Of a stretch of 64,000 nt of DNA, positions 51,034 through 63,850 are shown one piece after another. This DNA is from Haliotis rufescens. Lineage: Eukaryota. Where the stretch lies: NCBI RefSeq assembly GCF_023055435.1, contig NW_025964361.1, positions 3,968,001-4,032,000 of the forward strand, in the 5' to 3' direction. The number at the start of each line of letters is the position of its first letter. The stretch's first letter is position 1. The notes under the pieces are model-generated. The model was not told the origin of the DNA. It did no database searches and saw only the letters and a program-made list of their open reading frames with translations. Both the position numbers and the translations under genes were made by a program.

Positions 51034-52063
51034 ATGAAGGTACAGTATTTGCATTTGGGTAGTCTAATTTCCGAGATAAATGCGCTTCACAATTGTGGAA
51101 ATGGACCTCTTCGAACTTTCTGCTTAGACCATATACTCATGTTCAAATGTCCGAAAACCGCCTCATGAAAACCTCCACAATCCTTCATATTGACACATTT
51201 TATCCTTACCAATGCATTAACTGTTTCTGTTATAAGTCCCAGACATGCAATCGTTGAAATGAACAAATTTTAGTTCTCATTCACATGGACACATCTAATA
51301 ACTTTTCTAAAACATGATAATTCTGAAAGTTTAATTGTACAGATCATGTGGGCCAAAACGAACGGCGTTAAACCCAACTCACTCACTGATTATCTCCATT
51401 TGAATGAAGAAATAATACTATTTCACCCTTGGGCTTTAAATACTTCCTTAAATAACAAGTGTATAATATGATAAAAGAGACACTTTGTTTTTGTTGCAGT
51501 CAGTTGCAGCATTGCTCGCTGTATTTTGCGCATGTGCACATGCTGGATTTCCTCTGACTGGAAACGGTCTCCTTGGGGTTGGTTTCCGTGGTAACAGGGG
51601 CCTAGGAGGCCTCGGTAGTAATGGTTACGGCTACTACCCTAACAGCTACAACGGCTACAACAACTACGGCTACAGCAATGGTCATGGACCTTTCGCTGGA
51701 CATGGTTTTGGGCAGGGCGTTGGACATGCTGGTTCCTTTGTCGGCGGACAAAGCTTTGGGGGGATCGGTTCCTTCGTCGGCGGACATGGCTTAGGAGTTG
51801 CTGGTCCCTTCGTCGGCGGACATGGAGTAGGCGGACATGGGGCTTTCAGTGGCCATGGAGTAGGCGGACTTGGAGGTTTTGGAGGACGTGGTCTTGTTGG
51901 CGGACATGAAATAGGCGGACATGGAGCTTTCAGTGGATATGGAGGTTTTGGAGGTCGTGGTCTTGGTGGCGGACATGGTTTCGCTGGTCATGGTCTTAAT
52001 GGTGGTAATGGCCTTGTCGGCGGACAGGGCCTCTTCGCTGGACATGGCGTTGGACATTATTAA
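51034..52063 (+). CDS. Gene F: secreted Gly/His/Phe-rich protein, join(51034..51039, 51500..52063), 189 aa, MKSVAALLAVFCACAHA/GFPLTGNG...GHGVGHY
   Basis: TATATA 50951-50956; ATGAAG|GTACAG; acceptor TTTTTGTTGCAG before 51500 in frame with ORF 51485..52063; AATAAA 52131-52136; paralog of E, head-to-head. Confidence 0.9.
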
Positions 52064-53597
52064 GTGCGTATTACCATGATCATATTATGTTAAATTGTTG
52101 ATGTATATATTGTAATACACCATCGATGATAATAAAATCATCGACACAATATTGTCCTTCGTTATGTGCTCTTTTCCGAACACGTGTTGGGGCTGGCGCT
52201 TGACTGTAAGTTAAACAGTCAAAAAGTGATGAGTCAGCTCAAATACATCGTCTCAAACAGAAATGTAAACATACACGAAATTCTTATGGAGAAATTATTT
52301 TAATGCGATTGAAATATTTGGTTGAATAGTTAGCTTGCAAGAAAGGTTCATGACAGGGAATGAGTTCTTGGTAGAGGGGGGGGGGGGGGGGGGGGGGGGG
52401 GGGTGTGATGTGTCGTGACATCATGTGACATCTTCTTTGATTGATACACACATTGATCACAAATGTATATTTGTTTCATACCTCAAACCCCTTTTTACAT
52501 CTCAAAGCAGGTCTTATTTATGATTCAAAGTTAAACCGTTGGTCTTACTTGAAAGACGTAAGACCCCCTAGTAGGCCTTTTTGGGAAAGTAAGACCTTCC
52601 CATATGTTCAAAGTCGTTCCCTTCTTCGATTGAAACTACTTGGTCAGAAGAAAATCTCCTACAATGGTATGAAGTCACCGGAAGTTTACATTTTGAAAAC
52701 ACACATGTGTTGGGAGCACAGGTGGCCTTCTGCGGCACCTAGTTGCGTCCCTTAGTTGTGCATGGATCAAGTGATCGTGAGTCCTTGATTACTTTAGGTA
52801 GGTAGGTTTCACTGAAATGGATATAGATGCCGTGATATACCTGAAATACTGTTCAAAGCTCGTTACTCTCAACTCACTCATACCAGACGTTCATGTCACG
52901 AAAATAAAATCAATATTAACAGTAATGACTAATTATTATGCCTTTAACATGGTTGGTGCGAGTTTGTTATAGGAAAATTACTATTAGTAACATTTTTTCG
53001 GCGTCTCCTGCGTAATTTTCATTTCATATGGTTTGACATTTGAATACATGTACAAGCCAATCTCCCGAAGGACACAGTGCCATCTTTCCTGTCACCTCTC
53101 AGCTTGGTTCTTGGAATTCGTTTCTCATAATTCATTTATTTCATAAATTAACGTTGAAAAGGAAAACTAATTGTATTATTCCAGTGCATCGTTTCATGTA
53201 GATGACACGATGACGTGTTGAGGTGTCTCAATCAGTCGGAAAATACATTTTGCTGCATCGGGGGATTGCAGATTCGTATAGGCCCCGGAAAATACGTTAT
53301 ACTTCGGAATTCCTTGATAGTTAATCCTATCAAGCAAGTCCTGTGTAGGATTACTGGTTGAATTTTTTTAAGAATCTAATACAGGATTGGTATATTAGTA
53401 GAAACATTGCCTGAAGATCGTGAGTTAAAATAGAGATATATGTAATACGATAAACAAATTTACGGCGACGCCATAGAGCCCGACCACCCGATCCAATTTT
53501 CAGTTGGCTCTTACACACCACTGATGATGAAAAACAAACCTGATTTTGTCATAGTTAAATTTCAGTTTAGTTAGGACACACAAGCCCCCCCCCCCCC

Positions 53598-53645
<48 letters not shown>

Positions 53646-54400
53646 CCCCCCAGTCTACATACGGCACTGACACATCATTCCCTGTCTTGGGCAACTCATT
53701 CCCTAGAAATGTTTTAGATTATATTTTGCACGTATAGTTTAGTACATTTACATAATTCAGATGTCCCTCACAACATCACATTTGAAGACTTTTACTTTTT
53801 CCAAAAAAAGAAGGTTAGAATACATACAACGTTACGTCGGTCTGCCTTCTCACGTTTAATGTTATAACACATGCTGAGTTTGTGGTTTTGATATTGGACA
53901 GAAATACAAATACAACTTGGGCTTGATGTTATACATTCGTTAGTTATGTACACGACCCTCTTTACTTTACGTTAGAAAACAGCTGTATGCCCAGTAAACC
54001 GGACAAGTCCCTTAATCTCAGCAATGATATAATCATTTGAGTGTTTAGTCTCCCAAAGTCAAACCTTAGAATGATGCTGAAGATGAGGGAGTTTCTTTAT
54101 CCACGTCGTAAATGTAACTTAATCGTGGTATGTTTGTAGCCTAAGCATTCATTTACATTTTGTCCCCGTTTGATTTTCGAAGCGTCCAAAGAAAAATGAG
54201 ACGGGAAATAATAAGTTTAAATGATAGCGTTTCGCGAGAACTGTCAAAAAAATGCGATCTTATCAATATAATATTCATGTATAAGCGTATATTACCTTAA
54301 TGTTTTAAATCACGAAACGAAAAAATTGAACATAACAACGTTTTTATTCACTAACCCAAACAAATATTCATGATGTACAATGCATAGGCATCAGTGCCGT

Positions 54401-55020
54401 TTAGTAACGCTCAAAAGAGGACCTCCGCCCAGCAATATGACTTCGATTTCCAAAGAGAACATGACCAACGAAACTGTGTCCGCCAATGAGTCCATGTCTA
54501 ATAATTCCATGTCCGCCAACGAAGGGCCCTGTCCCACTGAAGCCGTGTCCGCCAACGAAGGGCCCTGTCCCACTGAAGCCGTGTCCGCCAACGAAGGGCC
54601 CTGTCCCACTGAAGCCGTGTCCGCCAACGAAGGGCCCTGTCCCACTGAAGCCGTGTCCGCTAACGAAGGGTCCTGTCCCACTGAAGCCGTGTCCGCCAAC
54701 GAAGGGTCCTGTCCCACTGAAGCCGTGTCCGCCAACAAAGGGCCCTGTCCCACTGAAGCCGTGTCCGCTAACGAAGGGTCCTGTCCCACTGAAGCCGTGT
54801 CCGCCAACGAAGGGTCCTGTCCCACTGAAGCCGTGTCCGCCAACGAAGGGTCCTGTCCCACTGAAGCCGTGTCCGCTAACAAAGGGACCAGCATGACCAG
54901 CACCGTGTCCAAAACGATGTCAAACCAAAGGTCCATGACCATTGCTGTAATCGTAGTTGTTGTAGCTGTAAGGGTAGTAGCCGAAACCAGAACCGTGACC
55001 GTTGCCAAAGGAGAGTGTCA
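54401..55020 (-). pseudogene. Gene G (pseudogene) of the E/F subfamily with ten tandem GHGFSGTGPFV(G/S) repeats
   Basis: Minus frame reads ...GNGHGSGFGYYPYSYNNYDYSNGHGPLV*HRFGHGAGHAGPFVS(GHGFSGTGPFV[G/S])x10 GHGII...ERY*; in-frame TGA at 54922-54920 where paralogs have GGA/GGC; signal-peptide part absent, a SINE starts at ~55025; AATAAA 54348-54343. Confidence 0.8.
54511..54886 (-). repeat. 36-bp coding tandem repeat, 10 full copies plus a partial
   Basis: GTCCGCCAACGAAGGG(C/T)CCTGTCCCACTGAAGCCGT on plus strand; encodes GHGFSGTGPFVG on minus. Confidence 0.95.
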
Positions 55021-55024
55021 AGAA

Positions 55025-55215
55025 ACCCATGCTTGTTATAACAGGAGTTATCGGGTGGTCAGGTTCGCTGACTTGGTAGATCACGATGCATGTCATGGTG
55101 TCCCAGTTACGAAGATCGATGCTTATTCTTTGATTGTCTGGTCCAGGCTGATAATTTATAGACCGCCATCATATAGCTGGAATATTACTTAGTGAGGCAT
55201 TAAGAAACAGAACAA
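55025..55215 (+). mobile_element. SINE-like family 2 copy abutting pseudogene G
   Basis: CATGCTTGT...CGGGTGGTCAGGTTCGCTGACTTGG...GACCGCCATCATATAGCTGGAATATT. Confidence 0.8.
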
Positions 55216-57297
55216 ACTTGCTGATTAAAGAGGACACACGCCGCTTGTAATTAAATGGAATGATTACAAAAGATAATTGAAAGTCAGTAACATTGCAATC
55301 ATAGCAAATATCTATATAATAGAACCTAACATAGTTTCTTTTACCTTCGTGCATCTTCGATCACCCAGTGTATTATATCTCCATTCTAGTATAATGAATA
55401 TGAAGATACATGAATTATACACCGGATCAACGAGGGTGGACATCGTGATTCATGTTTTCATGTAATCACCTAACTACGTCTTGCACTTTTGTAAAAGGTT
55501 ACGTGCATCGCTGGAGCTGTTTTGTGACTACAGAAAAAAGATATATGATCTCTGACATTATGATTTTCTGATCAATCCGAACTCGGCCGTTGTTTGAGAT
55601 TGAGCTCTGCTGCCAACTATAAGTGAATAAAACATGTTCAATACCAACGAAATGTCAGATTGTCATAGATGTACATCGAAGAATTAGTTATTCAGACAGT
55701 TCGCTTTTGCTTACGGCAGAAAAGGAATGTGTTTGCGCAACAATATTTTAATCGACGATGTCAGTTCATTGCAGTCTGTCTACAATCCGCCTTAGCATCA
55801 GTATGACGATATCATTCTACTAAAATTCGGTATAATAACTTCACAAATCGTGTCCTTCAGAACAAAAAGAACACTGCGAGACTAAAAACGTTCATGAGAG
55901 AACGTGTCTTGTTTATAAATCTTCAAGTATGAATAGAAGATGAATATCATTTTGTACTGATGTGGAATTCTGGCTCTACGTCAAAAGAACATGTATCTCG
56001 TGGAAAATAACGTGTACATCCTAATAAATGAAAACTCAATGAACTAACGTCTGATCAAGATCGAGTGAACACATGAGCTTGCTATTTGCAAATACAAAGT
56101 AATGCTGTCAGTAAACACTTTAACTTAAAAATAATTTACTACACTTATCATGGTTCTCTTTAACCGTATGAATACAATACATGAGCTGATTGCCTCATAA
56201 CAAACAAAATAACTTCTTCTTCTTCTGTTTCTTCATAATGTACGTACCTGGTTCGTAACTAAAGCGTAGGGCTAAACGATGTACTGTTGCCTTATTAAAA
56301 GATAACTGAGATCATCTCAGTTCAAATGTGTCTCTGTTCACCCAGCAGGGAATGGGTACCCGATATGTGAGGTGGGTGTAATTATAAAAACCTTCTAGCG
56401 CCCGTTGGCAGCTTGGGTTGTATTCTCCCCAGGGAGTTGAAAATGATAACTGGAATGGAAAAGGACCCACTGGTCGGGGACACATATAACCGCATTTGCA
56501 TATATAATACTACCTGGGTAAACGTGGTATATAAATGTATATAATAATGATATTTTTTATAATATTAATAATAATAATAATAATGACAATAATCTGTTGA
56601 CAATGAAAATCACTAGTTCTCATGAAAGGGACATAAAAGAATTTACAGATTGTTTTGCACACAACGAGTACCTCGCCAGACAGACCAGGGTACCTTAACC
56701 TCGTCCTTTTAAAGCGTAACAGTATCTAAAAGAACCCACCTCAAATATTTTCTCCATTTAAACTGCTGTACATCTCAAATAAGGAAAGAAAATAATCGGT
56801 ATTTGAGCATGACCTATGGAAGGTAAAACACATTGCAACCCATAAGCCGAAATGAATATCAGAACAATGTATATCTATGGGGATCAATCGACAACCCACA
56901 GAAACACTCGACTTCAATCTTCAAAGAAAGGACTTATGAATTGCTTCTAAGAAATATAGCCAATGATGACATGATCACAGTCACGTTTGACTTTCAGTTT
57001 ATGTCATTCGAAATCAACAGCTTCACACGGTTAAAGTTTCACACAGAGTATAGTCAGTGTATGCATCGCTCGTCAGATGGGTCAGAGGGCAGTCATGAAT
57101 CAGAATTATGTAATCAAGGATAGGATCAAATTTTACGACAACCAATCATTACCATATTCATTAGGCCTGACAGTGAGATGTCCTTATGTATATGTGATTG
57201 GACCAACTGTATTTAGGAGATGCACTGACCTTGGCTTCCTTACCGGAGTCTTTCAGATCAGACTGGTACCATCCTTGCAGGGCACCCTCTTACAATC

Positions 57298-58073
57298 ATG
57301 AAGGTAATACCATGATGGAAATAAATCACTGGTTTCACATCATTTGAATTCAGTAGTATGACGACATATATTCGTAAGTGTCAATTTTATGTGGGAAAGG
57401 TTCAACGAGAAATTGATGTAATTGACAGACAAAAACGATTCAACGTTAAAGTTTGATACAGAAGTATATGGTACTAAAGGATGAATGTTTATATATGTAC
57501 CAGTAACCGTCAACATTTTGGTATTTTTCGTACATCATATTATGATGAACATTACCGTTTTACAACTGTGTGATATATTGTAATTCATGTATGTATAAGA
57601 CGCCCGGTAACCTGTTCTGGTCGTAGGCGTCGACTAAATTGGATCGGATGATCGAACTCTGTGGCCTTGTCATCGGACACTCACTCATTCACTCACTCAC
57701 ACACCGTTATTCATTCCAGGTCACGCTCATTGTCTGCGCCGTGGTTTGTTCCTCTACCCTCGCTGTGGGCCCAGGGTACCTCGGCCTTGTCTTCAATGGA
57801 GGACTTGGCCTCACCAGAAGACATGGCTTCAACATGGGCCTTGGTCTCAACAGATTCGGTGTGGGCGGGGTTGGCAATGGTTTTCCTGGCAATGGTTGCT
57901 TTGGCTATCATAATGTTTATGGCAAACGCAAAGGCTACAATTACAACGGATACAACGGTCTGAATGGACATGGTCTCCTTGGAAACGGTCATGGTCATAG
58001 CAACTGTGGCTACAATGGCTTCAATAGCCTTCTTGGTTTCGGATTTGGAAAATTCGGAGGTGTTTACCCTTAG
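57298..58073 (+). CDS. Gene H: divergent secreted Gly/Asn-rich family member, join(57298..57303, 57720..58073), 119 aa, MKVTLIVCAVVCSSTLA/VGPGYLG...GKFGGVYP
   Basis: ATGAAG|GTAATA; acceptor TCATTCCAG before 57720 in frame with ORF 57639..58073; signal peptide; GYNYNGYNG and GHG motifs; AATAAA 58157-58162; only a weak TATA (TATTTA 57210-57215). Confidence 0.82.
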
Positions 58074-58934
58074 TGTAACCTCGAACTATGTGATAGCTAT
58101 ATATACAGTATACTATCCATGAACACTATTTTTACATATCATTTTACTTTATTGTGAATAAATGGTTTCTTAAAAAAATTATCTGGACTATTGTTGGTGA
58201 ATATCAAGTCATTTTAAGCAGCCAGCATTAACAATTTTGGATCACGTATATTATCCAAAGAGATGAATGTACATTAATCACATGTACAGTGACATACACA
58301 CTCTATTACTTTAATTGTTTAATTTGTGCCTTGGGCACGCCAGAAACATTTGATCTTGGGGTCAAACCCCGGTTCGCCCCGATTATGTTTCTAGGTTTGT
58401 CAGCACCATACCCGTGCTCGTGGGTTTCACCAAAGTGGCAAATGTCAAAGACTTGCATCACTTCGGGCTTTCCTCCTACAGTAAGCTGACTCGCTATGAT
58501 AACTGGAGTACTGTTCAAAGCATCGTAAATCGAAACTCTAACTCACCTATACTCTAATTAGTCTTTGTGGGACACAAAATAGCTATACATTGATATCCAC
58601 GACATACCCACGGATATAAATGCGTCTTGTATTGATCGAGGTCTTCGTCTTTGGAAGAGAATAAGCTCGAAACGATTCAATGGAAATTGTTCAGATATAC
58701 CCCGCCTCCCAGGCTTATGAGTAAAGAAATCCAGATCAATGATGGAGACAAAGGTGTTAATACAGCTATCCATAATCTGGTCTCTTCAATTCTATGTGTC
58801 ACACAATCTAATCCATAGTGAGAGAAAGCCATGCGAAAGAGAGAGTATAATTCTGAATTATGCATAAAAGTGATCCGATTTGCTATTTGAAGGAATATTT
58901 ATGCTATAACTTTTTTGACTGTATAGTGCTAGCC

Positions 58935-59148
58935 CAATGAGATACCAGCGCTGCTTAACATGCATATCCCACTCAGACACAGTATACTGACTCAGAGCCG
59001 ACCAGCCCTTCTTTTTAGCCCCTTAATGTTGACCTTAATGGTAACAACAAGGACCCTCTTTTAACGTCTTTTGGTATCACGCGGCCGGGTATCGAACACA
59101 CGACCATCCGTTCTCCGGACAGACGCTCTATCCATTAGACCACGGAGG
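58935..59148 (-). mobile_element. Older tRNA-derived SINE (Meta-SINE-like)
   Basis: Minus strand TGGTCTAATGG (A-box), GTGTTCGATACC (B-box) followed by a CCCACTCAGACACAGTATACTGAC-type core on plus strand; family name from recollection. Confidence 0.55.
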
Positions 59149-60242
59149 TGATGTCGCTGTATAAAGTCAATATATACTGCAGCAGCTATATTGTTTTGAA
59201 CAATGAAAAACAACACTGTAAGTGGCAACCCTAGATTCGCCATGGCCCACCTACTATGGATGCGTGTAAAGGAAAGATGGTCATTCGGGGACTTCAGCCA
59301 GGCCCCGCCTACCTCTACCGCATCCTCTTCCCCAAACATCAAGGGATCCCGATGTAACTAAAGGACCTCAAGCGCAATATAATTGATTCACGTTCTACGC
59401 CTAATCTACACGTAAGTGTAGTACTTAGTTTTCAGGTTTTCCCTAAAGTACTATGAGATTTAGCAGTAATTCTTAATATTCATCATCTGCCATGATAATG
59501 GAAATCAGTTTTCGATTGTTTAAATAGAAAAATGTGGCTTAATTATACCATTCACAAACAATTAGTGTAGATCGGAAACAATAGGAAACCGCCAGTTGCT
59601 CACATTGACTTTCATCTCATACTAAATCATTTAAATAACTGACTGAGAGGGTATGCTCTGTCCGCCATGCCCTAGGCGTAATCCTTTGACCTTTGTAATA
59701 CCTCTTTTCCAATAACCCCTTGTGGTTAAAGACGCCATGATCTTATGTCATTAGCCCGTAACAACCTCTTTGTGGAACTCGTGAAAAACTTTACAAGCCA
59801 TGATGAAAATATCGAGTTTGAATAATCCTTTGTCCTCCGATAACTGAAAGACACCCTCTGTCATTAGTAGATCATGAATATTTCCAGATGAACTTGCATC
59901 TGTGTTTTGATGTCCTCTTTAAACAGAGAAAATACGTTTATTTTACGATTCACTCGAGAACGTACTTTAAAGGTTCTATGCAACACTCCTTAAAAGAAGA
60001 ACGTGCGCGTCTCCAAGGCAATGATATGGCGACTACCTGCTGCAGCTGTTCGTTGGGTGGTTTATCTAAGAGGTTGTCGAATTGTTACATTATTATGCTA
60101 TTAATATGGTAATGAATAGAAAAGTAGCTATGAAACTCAAGGGAAATGCTAGTTATTAACTACGTAAGAAAGCACATCATTTTAACATAATAGATTTTAT
60201 CACAATAATGTGAACATGTACCCGGCAAGCTTAAACGACGAG

Positions 60243-60245
<3 letters not shown>

Positions 60246-60319
<74 letters not shown>
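60246..60319 (+). repeat. (CT)n microsatellite
   Basis: Direct reading. Confidence 0.95.
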
Positions 60320-60321
<2 letters not shown>

Positions 60322-60590
60322 AGTCGTCTAAGGCACCGCGATTCGCTGCGCAGAGTTGCGTCCCTTCGGCACGCCAGAAACCTATGATTGTGGGTTTGAA
60401 TCCCGGTTCGCATCGATTTTGTTTCTAGGTTTGTCAGCACCATACCCGTGCTCGTGGGTTTCACCGAACTTGTAAACGTCTGAGACCTGCATCACTTTGG
60501 GCTTTCCTCACACATTCAGTTGACACACTGTGGTATAACTGGAATATTGTTAAAAACGGCGCTAAACCAAACTCACTCAGTCACTCTCTC
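60315..60590 (+). mobile_element. SINE family 3 copy
   Basis: CAGTCGTCTAAGGCACCGCGATTCGC...GGGTTTGAATCCCGG...ACTCACTCA. Confidence 0.8.
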
Positions 60591-60974
60591 TCATTCCTCC
60601 CCTCCATCTTACATTCAAAGCAGTTGCTTTAGTCAAACGATCCAATCAAAGTACCACTTACACTATAACTACAGTGTACACTATATCTACACTACTTGTG
60701 AACAAACTAAATCAGTTTCAACATCGTATTTACTTCAAATTGAGTCTCTTTATTGTGGAATATTTCATTATCGATGGATTAATAGAAGGAATGTTCCAAA
60801 TATTGAATATCGCTTTATTCGTTATTTGCTTGTAATTTGTAAATTAAATTAAATTACACGGGGATTATATGATTGAACGGTTAATTGTTATACAATGTAT
60901 AGACTATATACACCTAAAACAGCGTACTACCATATTGTTACCAAGTTGTAATCATGTCAAAACAAATTATTTTT

Positions 60975-61330
60975 TTTGTTTAACGCCGCACTAAGCAATA
61001 TTCCAGCTAAATGACGGCGGTCTGTAAATAATCAGACCGGGTGCTTAGACTCGATTATTTACCCACCGACGTCATTTAGCTGTAATATTGCTGACTGCGG
61101 CGTTAAACAGCAAACAAAATGCAAATGATCGAATCTGGACCAGACAATCTAGTGATTGGCATCATGAGCCTCGATCCACGCAATAGGGATACGATGACAT
61201 GCATCAACCAATTGCAAGTCAGCGAGCCTGATCACCCGATCCCGTTAGTCGCCTTTTAAGAAAAGCCTAGTCGCCTGTTACGGCAAGCATAGGTTGTTGA
61301 AGACCTATTCTATCCCGGATCTTCACGGGT
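60975..61330 (-). mobile_element. SINE-like family 2 copy with an internal inverted tail duplication
   Basis: Ends CCCGGATCTTCACGGGTC on plus strand; 60977-61033 and 61053-61109 are inverted copies. Confidence 0.8.
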
Positions 61331-63544
61331 CCAAAACATATATACCTACGTGTAAGTCGAATAGAGTTCATGATGCAGGATAACGTTACCGGGTTTTGCC
61401 ACAAATTGAATTGAATAGTAAATTCATGATTGTGAACACCTGATCATACACAACTGCATGTCGTTTGGCTTAATACTTCTGTCTATAACCAAAGCTTTTA
61501 TCCATATGCCAAATTTATCGAACCTTTTCCGATCCGATCCGAAAAAACATGTACATGAGAAAATAAAAACGTAAGGCGTGAATGAATGACTGAATAAATA
61601 ATGTTTAACTTTGATGTATTTTAATCTAACAATAATAATTTTAAATGGTGCAGTTATTACTAGACATGCCTGCGCAAAAACACTACTGCATAAAAAACAA
61701 CTTATGTCCACGCTTTGACTCTTGCTAAATGACAGACATACATACACATGAATTGCCTTTGAAAACGACTGGTACCAGCTACAGGGTGATAAAACTTGTT
61801 TCCATGTATACTTATATTGTCGCAAATTTTAGACTTTTACAATGCATGACGTACACGTATGTTCAAAGAAGAAATTTAGCAATGTCCAAGAATATATCCG
61901 GGAAGTTAATATATTTCATCCTTCTGCAAGTACGGGAACGAACGTGGATATATGATCGATCAAATGGATATAACAAACTATTCAAGTTGTCCTGATTGCA
62001 GCTGAAGAAAGGAAACACCATCTATGACTATTAAGTTTTGATTGTTTGTTATTTAGCGCTGCAATAATCCCCTATATTACGGCCTGTGTAGGCCTGTCTG
62101 AACCAGACAATCCACGGATCGATGCTTTGAGAAACGATATTCACCCTCGGGTACCATGACACGCCATCAGCCAAGTCACTGAGCCTGACCATCCGTTCCA
62201 TTTGGTCACCTCTAACGACATGCACACATGTGTTGATACATCAACAGCATTAATCTGAGAGTAGAGGATGTTAGCAACGTTGAGTTTGTGTGATCTGACG
62301 ACCAGTTCGCAATTGATTCGCCAGTATTAATGTTAACACCATTGAATGAACGAGTGAGTGAGTGAGGTTTTACGCCGCTTTTAGCAACTTTCCAGCAATA
62401 TCCCGGCGGGCGACACTAGAAATAGGCTTCACACAATGTACCAATGTCGGTCTCCGACCGCCCCTTGAAAGAACGACTGAAAAAAACTGTTAAATAGATT
62501 GAAAACATTTTTTGATGTTTTTTAAAGTTTTCAATTATCATTTCAATCCAGAGAATGGTGGACATATTCTTTAGTTTCACGAATAAAGAACAAGGGTTAT
62601 AACGAACTGATTTTCATGGTGTCTAGGTGTTCGTAATAACGAATAGTGTTACTATATGCACAACATTAAAAGCACAATTCTTGGCAAGATTAAGAAGTCA
62701 TTTGGAAAATGTTAATAAAACCCCTTGTTAATATAAAGTAAATAATGTGTATGTAATTTTTTGTGTATGTCCATAAAAAAATGTATGGACATAACATTTT
62801 GTTTTGTAAATAGTTAATCGCCAAGACGAAACCACTGAACAATTCTGTTTATACCCAATGGTTAACAATAACATAGAACCTCCATCTGAAATAATTCAAC
62901 GAAATTTAAATACCGTGATCACTGTAAACGCAAGATTAATGGGGATAATTTTAAGTGTGGTGAGCTTATCGCTAAGAATACGTTGCAATGGCAACCAAGT
63001 AAGGTACGCCCAGATTTCCCCATGGGGCGGATCGCCCGTCGGTAATATACAAACATTAAACTTTATGTCAGTTTGATTGCTACATTGCAGGGGAAGCCGG
63101 TTATCAAACTTGTTTATTCTCCCATGACGCAATACAAATGCCATCAATATACAGTATGTTGTGTAACTGTGCTCGAATTATTCTTATAGTTTCCCTTCCA
63201 TGTTTGTGCCTCACCCTTCATCTTTAGCCGACTTTAATTTCAAAGTATCACCAGTATTATATTATAAAAGCTTTTGAAAGAAGTCAGTTTAACTAATAGT
63301 TATAACACGAAGAAATAACCTTTCAATTCTATTTGTTGATAAACGATGGCTGTTGTCATCAGACGTAACAATCGTGTTTAGGTCATTGTATGTATTTAAC
63401 TATAAGTTTGGCTTCAAAAATGAGTTAACTTATCAGGGAAAATGTAACATGTTTTTAACTATAAGGACTATATAAATTGAATTCGAGCCAACCGGGAATT
63501 CAGCAAATCCGAGTTGGAGACAACGAGGTTCAACCGTGTATAAT

Positions 63545-63850
63545 TAAACAAATGTGAGTGGATTTGGATACGTATATATATGCATCTAAGTATACATAAT
63601 AAAAGAGCGATATCACGTTTCTCATTTGCTTTGTATCTTAATGACCCAACTCTCAAGCGACTCAAACAGTGGCAAAATTTGTTTATCAGCGTTATTTGGT
63701 TTTCATACATTGTTAAATTGATATAATCCAAGAAGAGATACTTGTACATTTAGAACCGATTCTCATTTCGGTGACAAGCTCTACAACAGCGCTTGTAATA
63801 TGGTAGTAATGTGACTGTATATGTTTTGACCAAATATGACAACAATGTTT
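63545..63850 (-). pseudogene. Possible decayed LINE ORF2 C-terminal fragment
   Basis: YK..F...L..YE...INKFCHCLSRLRVGSLRYKANEKR resembles the post-RT region of the 35991..37844 LINE type. Confidence 0.4.

Noticed and set aside
52376-53613. Poly-G and poly-C tracts as inverted termini of an element
   Set aside because: No further complementarity or TSD; homopolymers occur elsewhere (24950-25015)
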